Below, piece after piece: positions 49,727 through 60,968 of a DNA stretch of 64,000 bases. Origin of the DNA: Nemertoderma westbladi (lineage: Eukaryota > Animalia > Xenacoelomorpha); NCBI GenBank assembly GCA_032718475.1, contig JAUCBJ010007877.1, positions 1,957 to 65,956 of the forward strand, read 5' to 3'. Numbering within the stretch: the first letter of the stretch is position 1; each line of letters begins with the position of its first letter. The translations under genes were made by a program, and so were the position numbers. The notes beneath the pieces were generated by a model, which was not told the DNA's origin, made no database searches, and worked only from the letters and a program-made list of their open reading frames with translations.

Positions 49727-51352
49727 TAACATATGGAGTGGGCGTGTGACTATATCATTTTATATTTGTTTTTATTTTATATTTATGTATGTTTTATTAT
49801 GTAATTTTATTATAATCGTTTTATTTAATTTTATTTAGTAGAATGTTATTTTAGATTATTTAGTAGGTTAGTGCAATATATTAGTGTTTATTACGTAATT
49901 ACATATATATAATATATATTTAGTGTGACGGCGAGAAATAATTTTTTCTTTTTCCTTACTGTCCGTATCATATTATAAATACGTGACTACAGTAAGATGA
50001 AATGTCCGTACTTATTAAAGTGCAATAAAGCCACTACTATATTCAAGTATTATTGGTAGGCAGAGTATTAGGAATGCAAAGTTCAGATCCTCGTGTCTCG
50101 GCTAAACCAAGCTCTGGGTAGACCTTGGAAACGACTTGCCTCTTCACACTGACATTGCTTCGTGCGATATTGCTCTTCTACCTTATATTAAATAATACAT
50201 ATAGTAGCGTGATGTCCATATAACAGTAGCGTAAAACGCAAATAAATCTGTTAAACCTTTTGACCATCTGTAATTCTAGTCGATTAAGATATCGCGGCAC
50301 CCACCGATATACTTGAAAGACAAATTCTAGAATCAGTGGTTAACGTCCCCAGACAAGTTCTGGAATAAATCGGTGCCCATCTTAAATATTAATTTAATAT
50401 TTATTAAAATCTGTAAAATTCAGATCCTTTAAAATTTCTAGTCAATTAAGATATCGCAGCGTTTACCGATACTCTTAAAGGACAATTTTATAGAATTAAG
50501 GATCCTCAGTCCCCAGACATGCTCTGGAATAAAAATTGTGTCAATTTTAACATCAAATAATAAAATTCACGGGAATAAATTTAAATTCATATTTTAAATG
50601 AATTTCATAAATTGTCATTTTGTGCAATTTATAACATTCCCAAAATTCCATTAATTAATAGATCATGGGAGCGGAGATTCATCATATTGAGTGTATTAGA
50701 GTGCGAGAATCTCCGACATATAGTCAATAGCCAATAAAATTAATAAAATCATGTATAAAGAGGATATTGACAATTAAAGAATTACTATTAAATAGCATCC
50801 CAGATCTGTATGCATGAGAATTACCCTAATTCTACCGCTAGCTTTCCATAATGTCATCATAGCAACACCCACGCTAGAATTAGAAGCAAGTTAAAAGAAC
50901 AATAGAAAGCTTGTCACATTGCATAGCATAGAGAATACATAGCACACTGTTAGTATCCAAGGATACACAGTAATAACGTGACATTCTGGAAGGCACTGAC
51001 TAACGGACAAATGGCCTGTATGTGTACAATTGGTGACAGTTGTGTGGAATTTGTGCGTTTATAGGTGAATGTTACTGCTAAAGTATGTTTACAGTAGCTA
51101 GTCGCAATTGTGAAAGTAGCCCAACTCTCCTATAGAAAGAACCTAAAGTGGATTCAAGCCTTTGGGACGGACAGTGGAGTGACTTGTGCCGGTTATCGTT
51201 GTCGTGCTGTTGCTACATGTTGGCGTAAACACCGCGACGACGGTACATCGGCGCTGAGAATCCCACTGTCCGGGGGCAAAGAGAGGTAGGCAGCGACGTC
51301 CGCTCGCCTAAACATAAACTCATTTCGATATTAATAAACTCAGATAGCAGAT

Positions 51353-52801
51353 ATGACGGAGTTGATAGAAGATGATCTTGGTATCAGGGAGCGATATACT
51401 CTACCTTTACAAGCATTTGTGGATAGCTTGATACGCGGTGAAACCGATCCAACCATTACGGAGGACGATGGTCGTTATATCGAACCGCCGATGTCCCAAG
51501 AGCAACTTACGCGTGAATTGGACTATCGAAAATTCACCGCTCGCTATACGCATCGTAATAGTACGTATATGGACTTCCTAACTACCGGCCATCCTATCGA
51601 TTTACATGATACGGACGATGTAGACACCGAAAGGGAAATGGTTCTATTTAAATATCATACCCAGCGGAGTCGTAACGATAAACCGAGAATAGATCACGAA
51701 AATTCTATTCGTAACAGACTGGGAAGACGAACCAATATGCCTAGAATCTGAGGAGATTCAGCCTATCGCGCCCGGAACAGCGACAACGATTACATCCTAG
51801 AATGGTATCAAGGTCCACAGTGTCTCACTGCGTACGATTATCGCCATGCCAACTATGTTTCTCGGCAATGTTGTCGGTTATGCGCATCGAGAGACCATGT
51901 TACTCCCATGGACACAAACGTCCGCTGTTCCTATTTCCACGAACAACCGGCGATGGAAATTTATTGTGCGTATTGCAGACTCAATAACTTGCACATTTTT
52001 GCAGTTTGCCCTCAATTTATGACTCAATGTCACCATTGTCAACTAAAGGGACACGCCAGTTTCGATTGCCCTTTTAATCACGATTTGGAAAGCGTAGATG
52101 AAATGATCACACTACGTTACATCAGAGCTTGGGAAGCGAACGCTGATTTACATTGTGATTCGCGCCATCGCTATTATCCTGGACGCGCTTACGAAGGAGT
52201 TTATGCGTTCCATCCTTATCTATTCGCTTCTGTCGAACAGAAATCACGCATATCGAGTTACGAACTACTGAAGCGCGTCGGAGAATGTATTTCAACCAAG
52301 TTCGTACGCAAATTTCTTAGGAGTGTTAATCCTAGCGACCTTCATTCCTATAACTTAATCAATTATATCCGTCAGGATCCGGGCTATGGAGACTTATTTG
52401 TTAACTCACACCCCGAGTTACAGGAAGTATATCGATGGCCTTACGAATACAGAGCCCGCGAACGCGAGTTGGAAAGAACCATTAAACCCAGGAAGTTTCT
52501 GACTGCCTATGGTCCACCCACGGCTCTCGTTCAGACCACTCGTAAAGGACAAGTAAGAGCGGCCGTCCTAAAACGCGCTCTAAAGGCCGTTAGACCCCTC
52601 TCTCCCGACGTTGATGTCAACCAACCCGGCACTTCGACCGGCGGATACACCGACCATAATCCTACACCCTCTGATGCAATCATATTGCACCCTTCACCCA
52701 GGAGTTATAGCCCTCCTTGTAAAGTGGCTCGCCCCAAAGAGAAAAAGACTCTGGCCAGCTTTAAAAAACTGCGTAAACGCCGTCCGCGCAAGAAAGACTA
52801 A
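51353..52801 (+). CDS. 3' accessory ORF (482 codons, one in-frame TGA at 51749) with Zn-knuckle-like motifs and basic tail
   Basis: The 132-aa and 297-aa ORFs share a frame with no other stop between them; CRLC..H, CAYC..H..C, CHHCQLKGHASFDC; ends KKLRKRRPRKKD. Confidence 0.7.
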
Positions 52802-52879
52802 CTGTTTAGAGTATTTACGTATATTAGAAACTGTGATTTTGTATATTTTATAGACTCAAATCCCATTTTCTGGGAGCGG

Positions 52880-54004
52880 TGTAAAAGCTTTTGTGGGATA
52901 TAACTGGCCCTTTTGCTTTGCAATCCAGTTTCCCCCCAGGCGCTGGAATACTCTAAAAAGCTCTCTAACTCGAATGATGCAAAGCGACCGGCTGATTGGC
53001 TGATTTGTTATATGAGGGGCTCCTTGCTATGTTCTATCGGCCAACCAGAGCTATAGCAGCAGAGTATGCAACCAGGGCAACCGAGCGGAGTGACTCATTT
53101 TGTGTGTTGGCCAAGGGTTGCAAAAATCCTGATAGTTCGGCATTTAGATATTCGTGGAACTTGTGGAATCTGGTGCTCTGCCAATGAGAGCTATTCCTCT
53201 CTGTGTAAAAAGATACAGTCAGAGAGTTTTGACTCACTCTCTTCCAGTGCCACACGGCACAGTCCGGCATATCGTATCATTGTTACATTATCAGTACATT
53301 GTCATATTATATCTTAACCTACCGTCTTAATGGTTTTACTGTTGTTTGGTTGAATATTATTTGGAGAACATCTATAAAGAACCCAAATTTCCCAATTTTC
53401 TTGATACACTACAGGTTAGAGAGACAGGTTACATATAGCGATTGCGACTTATATTATCGTGGTTTGTAGTGAGTTTAATGCTATTTGATAGGCACTACAT
53501 GAGTCAATTGCTGTTCTCTTTATATATGACAAAATTCATTGACGGTCGGCAGATTAGTGTGCAGTATTGTGCGTTACCGGTAGTGTGCATGATTGTGGCT
53601 GATAACTAAGCATTTCCTAAAGAATGCGCCTCATACGTGAATCATAAGCCTTACCGACTTACCGTTGTGTTTAGTATAAGTCATATCTCTGTTTACCTAG
53701 ATAGAGCGCCACGTCCTAAAGGAACTGTTAATATTTCCCGAAAGTGAATAATATTGGTCAGAAATTATTTATTAACGATCAATCGAATAATACAGTAAGC
53801 TTACACTGCAATAACAATCTAAGCCCTCCGAATCCAGTCTCCCGGGTATATCCAGCGGGTGAATGGACGCGCACTAGGCTGGCTTCGGCTAATTTTGTGT
53901 TTATTGGTATTAAATACTTGTCATTTTCTAAAGTCTATTTATAAACCAAAAGACATATAAATTTTAGCAGGTTAAACTGCTAAAGGTCTTCAAAAGCGCG
54001 TACA
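52880..54004 (+). repeat. 3' LTR of copy 1
   Basis: Direct repeat of 45228-46352 (offset 7652), preceded by purine-rich gggagcgg. Confidence 0.95.
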
Positions 54005-54487
54005 AGATTACTTAACGTGTGCTATGCGAGGAGTACATTTAACATTACCAATTCAGTGTATTAGATGTATTGAATTTCCTGTTGATCAATATTTTTACTG
54101 TTTTCTGGGTGCTTTACAGTGTTTTTCATATGTTTTACTGGTTTACTAGTGTTTTCCTAATTTAGAATTATCTTTCTTTCTATACCTAAAAAAAAAACTC
54201 CGAAAATCACAATTTCACATTTTGTGTTTGTTTCCAACCTATTTGACATTATATATTTGCATCTTCCTTAACTTTTATCAAATATACAAAATATCTGGGA
54301 TTTTCAAAACTGGCATTGCCTTCCCAAAAATTTGAAAATTTCAAGTGTCGTGAGGCCCGCTTAGAATTTTTCGAAATCAAAAATTGTTTTTTGCTAAGTT
54401 AGTTTAGACCAATTTGGCATCAGAAAAATAGTGCTTCCCTTAAAAATAAAGAACATTTTTTTTCACTCTACCCTAATGTTCGGTGTC

Positions 54488-54955
54488 TCACGACATGACA
54501 TGACATGACGGCTCTAATAGTGAACCGCATTGCAATGGCAAAAATTCCTCCGAGATCTTTCGAGAAATATCGCCAAAATGAATAGCATCCAGCTCCATAA
54601 ACGTCTCAAGTTGATCCTCCTCAATATTTCGGAGAGATGGTAGTGCAGCTCGGGCGGAAGTGCGTTCTGGCAGCGATGGTGTGGGAATGCAAGATGGAGG
54701 AATGATTGAAGGAAGAACTGACGGTGGAACCGCTGGTACCATCGAACCTCCTCTCACAATCTTAGTAGGATAGCCAACAGGCTAATGGTTTTCTCAAACT
54801 CTTTTACTCTTTGTATACACAAAGTCTTTGTTTGGGATCCCGGTTACCAATCGGTATCATTCCTGGAGATCAGCTGGAAAGCTGAACACTCTTGTTGTTT
54901 CCAACGCTGTATCATAATTAGACGAACAGCCAAATACACAGCATTTGAAAGGCAT
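54488..54955 (-). pseudogene. THAP DNA-binding domain, N-terminus of the P-like transposase
   Basis: MPFKCCVFGCSSNY...VFSFPAD...IPNK...RV*ENH*...VPAVPPSV with stops; same strand as 43003-43855. Confidence 0.78.
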
Positions 54956-55499
54956 TTTGTTATTTTACCATCATTACAGCATTACAGTACATTAGAGTAC
55001 CGGTAGTAATTGTACCGGTAAGCTGCAATATACTGATCCTAATAATGTCTATATATATAATAATATGTATATATAATACTAGGAAACTATTAGCAACTAT
55101 TACATCATTAGGAAATATTAGGAAAATATTAGTAACTATTAGATTCTTAGGAAATACCTTGGCTTAATTTAACTAGGCCTATTTAAAAGTACCGGTACTG
55201 CTACAGCTACAGTATGATAGACGTGCCTTACAAAATTGCGGTTGTCATTGGCTTGGTACACAGTGCAGCAGTGGTAGCAGTAATAATTTGGAGTACCGGT
55301 ACGTCTACCTACAATTAACAGTCTGACAGTCCAGCAGTCCTAGAGTACCGGTAGCATCCGGGCAAACTATGGGTGGCCGTACACTAGAGATGTAAGATGC
55401 ATGCACCGGTATGGTACGTCAGCCTACGCTAATTCTGTTGCATAGGTCATTGTCATGGCCTGTTATCTAGTAGGCCATGTGTCTGACACACAATATTCT

Positions 55500-56160
55500 C
55501 CCCTTCACCAGGATTACCATCATTGGGGGAACCCCCTAGAAGTTCTTCCAAATCGTTTAGCAAATCATTATCTTGTTGTTAACTTCAATGTTCAGCATAG
55601 CTGCTAGCGATAACTCGTTCATCTGTGCTAAATCGGCCTGAATTCGGAGATCCAGAGATCGGTCCTTTTAATACTATCTTCTGGTTCGGATAAAGCATAT
55701 ACGACAACATTAAGATGTCTAGACTCGTGCTCCCTAATATTGTTAAACATGGACTGTTTAACCTCTGTTCTCACCCTCTCACCTTCTTCCTCGCCATCCA
55801 ATCTGTTCACTTTCCTGTTGAGCATTTCAACACCCTTTTAAACAGTGGAAATTCGCTTCGAAGTAGCCTCCACTTGAGAATCCACACCATCGATTCGCCG
55901 ACTCAATTCCTTTACAGCTTTGTCAAGTTTCGCAGCAAATTTACCACATGACTGGCATGCCCAGTAAACAATACACCCGCTTGATTCTGGCGGTTGTAAG
56001 TATACTCATCGAGTTCAGGAACACAGCCATTAGTCCCGTGTGTAACCAGAGGTCGCACAGTGAACTTTGAACAGTTTTGTCCATTTTTTTTAAACATGAA
56101 CGCTGAATTTTAAACACGGATACTTCCGGATATATTTCACCTCCCTCCTTCTTATTGGGT
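55500..56160 (-). pseudogene. Degenerate CR1/L2-like LINE ORF1 fragment (PHD-like + coiled coil)
   Basis: Cys/His remnants near 56050, coiled-coil segment, E.R..NVVVY.L.E motif. Confidence 0.55.
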
Positions 56161-56529
56161 GAGCCAGAATTATTATTTTTGCTTTAATTCTTTAGCGACA
56201 AGCTTTTGAAAAAGTTGTCTCCGTCGATTTAGCACGTCGATATGGTTACACCGCAGTTAGTATTCAACCTTATAGTGATTTGATATCGTTTGCAATTAAA
56301 CAAGATTTTAGTGACACCGACACGAAGTACCTTTAATACAGTATGTGGTTGTTTATTTACTCCAAATTTGCGAGCTGTTATAATTAAACTGTGGCCGTTT
56401 TCCAAAAGTCTGTGTAGGTTTCAGTGTATGTGTGTGTCAGAAGCCAATATCAGAATATTTAACTAGTCATAGTATAATTATAATTGTTCGCTGAGATGGA
56501 CTGCAGTTTTGTTGCACGAAAGCCCCACT

Positions 56530-57715
56530 TGTTTGCGCTTTTGAAGACCTTTGACAGTTTAACCTGCCAAAATTAGAATGTCTTTTAGATGATATATATT
56601 CTTTAGCTTTATGACGAGTATTTGACACACTACATTAGCCGAAGCCAGTCTATGCGCAATCATTCACCCGTTGGATATACCCGGGAGACTGAGTTCGGAG
56701 CTTAATGATTGATGGTGTAAGCCTTCTGTATTATTCGACTGATCGTAATATATAATCTCTGACAAATATTATTCACTTTCGGGAAATATTAACAGTTCCT
56801 TTAGGACGTGGCGCTCTAAATATGTAAACAGAGTTATGACTTAAACTAGTTACAACGAAAAGGCTATAGATTAACGTATATGGCGCATTCTTTAGGAGAT
56901 GCTTTGTTATCAGTTACAATCATACACAATGCTGCACAATACTGCACACTAATCTGCCGACCTTCACTAAATTTGGTCACGTATAAAGAGAGCAACAGAC
57001 AATTTATGTTGGGCATATGAAATAGCATTAGATTCACTTCAAACCACTCAACATAGGTCGCAATCGTTTATCTGTAACCGGTCTCTCTAACCTTTAGTAT
57101 ATCAAGAAGGTGGGGTGTCTGACTATTGATCAGTATTCCGATATAATATTTCATCAACAAATATAATGAACAACAGCAAAAGCAGTAATGTAAGATATGA
57201 ATTGCATAGATATGTATGATAAGATTGTAATTAACTCGGTAACTCAAGTTAGTCGTTTGATAACAGATATACGTTCTATAATTAAGCCTACTAATGTAAA
57301 GCTAAAGAATGCTGATATACGGAGGTGCTAAAAGCCGATGTTCTTAGGCTCTGAGCAAAAACATAACACTGAACTACTGAGTTCTGTATACACCTCCAAC
57401 ACAGAGACAAAAAACGCTCTGATTGGTTAACCGAACAACTAGAGAACAAAGAAACAAAGAAATGTCGACGTGGCAATATCAGCTGTTAGCCGTCGTCATG
57501 GTAGCGACACTGTTTTCAAGAGTATCTAGCTTATCGCGTCACGAGATTGCGGATTATGTCCTCTAAAGTACGAATACAGTGCAAATACAGAAGAAATGAC
57601 TTTTATGTCCTCTAAAACACCCGTACAGCAAGGACACGGCCTTTTTATGCCTGGCAAACCAACTACAGAGTACTTTAAGGGAAAATAACCGGTTAATGAC
57701 GCAAAAGCTTTTACA
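56530..57715 (-). repeat. 3' LTR of copy 2 (1186 bp)
   Basis: Minus strand tgtaaaagcttttg...ggtcttcaaaagcgcaaaca; only the 3' half resembles the copy 1 LTR. Confidence 0.85.
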
Positions 57716-57793
57716 CCGCTCCCAGAAAATGGGATTTAAGTCTATAAAATATAACAAATCACAGTTTCTAAAATATAAAAATACTCTAAACAG

Positions 57794-59322
57794 TTAGTCT
57801 TTCTTACGCGGACGGCGTTTACGCAGCCTTTTAAGGCTAGCAAGAGAACTATTTTCTTTGGGGCGAGCCACTTTACTAGGAGGGCTATAAATCCTGGGTG
57901 AAGGGTGCAATATGATTGCATCAGAAGGTGTAGGATTATGGTAGGGGCATCCGCCGTTTCGATATGCTTCTCCTCGAGCTGATTTTCCTCCGCTCGTAGC
58001 TGGATACGTTCATCCAAAAACTCTCGCAGAGAATGGGGTTGTCTAAGCTCGATATCTTCTTAGAGATTCTGGATTTCACAATCGAACTGAGATAAAGACA
58101 ATTTGTTTATCGCTTGGACTTGCTGTTACAACTTACATTTATCTGAACAAACGCAGGTTTCCTTTCTGATCTTTGTAGAATATCGTTTAACTCGTTTGGT
58201 ACAACGTTCTCCGCCACTTTGGTGACAGGTTATATCGTGTTAAGCCGGGACGATGGTAAGAGTTAAACGGCGATATTAAATGTCCGCGTCCCAATCCGGC
58301 TAGGTAGGATGGGCTAATATCTAAGAAGCCCACAACTGGGGTGCCACCGACTAATTGTTCAGGTAACACTAGATCTTTGAGCAGTGAGTACAGCTCGGGA
58401 GGATCCGTCATACTAATAGGATCAAGAGTCTGAGGTCTCACTAGGGAATGAGGAGCTCTGATCGAGTATTCCGAAACTCTGATCATTGGTTTATTTAAGG
58501 ATCGTCTGAGTCGAACGAGCGTAGGTGATACATCGAACAAGTTTCGCTCGAAACTCCCGTAAGTATAGCGAGTAAAACCGTGTTTAAAGCAACGTCTCCG
58601 CGGATGTTTATATCTTTCCGTTTGTTGGTTGGGTCTTGGGCATTCATCGCAATAATACCTTGTAATACCTTGTAATCCCCTTGTAGGGGAAACGCGAGTG
58701 ATCTTTCTCCAGCTTACAATATTCCTCCATCCGTTCGAAGCTATCCGGTACAACAGGTAGCGATCGATAGGCGGTAAGATACATCATAGTGGAATAGAGC
58801 CGTTTGAGTTCTACCATGCGGTCATGATGTATACCTTGAGGATATCGAGTTTCTAGATTCTGTTGACTGGTAATATCGAGATAGGTTTCTCTCAAGAATT
58901 CCAGGTATTTGGTGGAGTCGCTGCGTTTATCCGGCTCTTCGACATCTGCACTTTCGAGTCGGTTTCGAATAGAATTTTCGTGTTCGAGTCTCAGTTTATC
59001 GTTCCGCTTCCGCTGGGTATGATATTTAAATAAACCATTTCCCTTTGGTGTCTATATCGTTCGTATCGTGTAGGTCGATAGGATGACCAGTAGTTAAGAA
59101 GTCCATATACGTACCATTACGATGCGTATAGCGAGCGGTGAATCTCCTATAGTCCAACTCACGCGTGAGCTGCTCTTGGGACATTGGCGGTTCGATATAA
59201 CGACCATCGTCCTCCGCAGCAGTTGGACCAGCGTCGCCGCGTATCAAGCTATCAACAAACGCTTGTAAAGGTAGAGTATATCGCTCCCTGATACCAAGAT
59301 CATCTTCTATCAACTCAATCAT
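57794..59322 (-). pseudogene. Accessory ORF of copy 2, frameshifted, with a different central region
   Basis: N-terminus MIELIEDDLG...HENSIRNRL and basic C-terminus match copy 1; two 1-nt deletions near 59030-59047 and a 10-nt duplication near 58660. Confidence 0.72.
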
Positions 59323-60968
59323 ATCTGCTATATAAATTTATCCATATTATAATGAGTTTATATTTAGGCGAGCGGGCGTCGCTGCCTACCCCTCTCTGCC
59401 CCCGGACAGTGCGAGATCCTCAGCGCTGGTGTACTTTCGCCGATGTGCCTATCGCCAACGTCGTAGCTGCACAACGACTACAACAACCAGCACGAGCCAC
59501 TCCACCGTCCGTCCCAAAGGCTTAGATATACTTCAGGTTCTTACTGGAGAGTTAGGGTTACTTTCACAATTGCGACTCGCTACTGTAAACACACCTTAGT
59601 AGTAACATTCACCTACAAACGCACAAATTCCACGTAACAGTCACAAATGGTACACATTCTATCACACATTCGGGTCATTTGTCCGTTAGTCAAGTGCCTT
59701 CCAGAATGTCACGTTGTTATTATGTATTCTTGGATACTAGCGGTGTGCTATTTATTCCGTATGCTATTCAATACGCAAGCCCTTTATTATTCTTTTAACT
59801 CACTTCTAATTCTAGCGTGGTTGTTGCCATGGTGACATTATGGAAAGCTAGCGGTAGAATTAGGGTAATTCTCATGCATACAGATCTGGGATGCTATTTA
59901 ATAGTAATTCTTTAATGGTCAATATCCCCTTTATACATGATTCTATGAATTTTATCGGCTATTGACTATGCATTGGAGATTCTCGCACACAAATACACTT
60001 AATAGAGTGAATCTCCGCTCCCATGATCTATTAATTAATGGAATTTTGGGAATGTTATAAATTGTACAAAATGACAATTTATTAAATTCATTGAAATTTA
60101 TGAATTTAAATTTATTCCCGTAAATTTTATTATTTAATGTTAAATAGACGTCATTTGATTCCAGAGCAGGTCTGGGGACATAGGATCCTTAATTCTATAA
60201 AAATTGTCTTTTAAGAGCATCGGTAAGTGCTACGATATCTTAATCGACTAGAATTGTTAAAGGATCTGAATTTTACAGATTTTTGTAAATATTAAATAAT
60301 TAATATTTGAGATGGGCACCAATTTATTCCAGAACTTGTCTGGGGACGTTAACCATTGATTCTAGAAATTTGTCTTTCAAGTATATCGGTGGGTGCCGCG
60401 ATATCTTAATCGACTAGAATTACAGATGGTCAAAGGGTTTAACAGATTTATTTTGCGTTATATGCTACTGTTAAAGGGACATCACGCTACTATATGTATT
60501 ATTTAATATACGGTATGAGAGCAATATCGCACGAAGCAATGTCAGTGTGAAGAGGCAAGTCGTTTCCAAGGTCTACCCAGAGCTTGGTTTAGCCGAGACA
60601 CGAGGATCTGAACTTTGCATTCCTAATACTCTGCCTACCAATAATACTTGAATATAGTAGTGGCTTTATTGTACTTTAATAAGTACGGATATTTCATCTT
60701 ACTGTAGTCACGTATTGATAATGTAATACGGGCAGTAAGGAAAGAGAAAAATAATTATTTCTCGCCGTCGCACTAAATATATAATATACGTAATTAAATA
60801 ATAAACGCGAATATATATTGCACTAATCTACTAAATAATCTCTAAAATACTATACTACTAAATAAAATTAAATAAAACGATTAAAATAAAATTACATAAT
60901 AATACATACATAAATATAAAAATAAAACAAATACAAATAATAGAGTCACACACTCACTCCATATGTTG

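Larger units (their letters stand above)
45228..54004 (+). mobile_element. Full-length non-autonomous BEL/Pao-derived LTR retrotransposon (copy 1)
   Basis: 1125-bp TG...CA LTRs, 5-bp TSD agatt (45223-45227, 54005-54009), Gag-PR ORF, no RT/IN. Confidence 0.95.
43864..54439. mobile_element. Kolobok-like palindromic non-autonomous element (hosts a SINE and an LTR element)
   Basis: TTAA at 43860-43863 and 54440-54443; long TIRs gggaagcactatttttctgatgccaaat; palindrome centred near 44660 once insertions are removed. Confidence 0.82.

Noticed and set aside
50075-50110. HDV-like ribozyme (aga-tcctcgtg-tct...ggctaa)
   Set aside because: A P3/L3-like element is present but I could not find P1 or P2 pairings.
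51353-52801. Envelope glycoprotein
   Set aside because: No signal peptide or transmembrane segment; Zn-knuckle-like motifs and a basic tail instead.
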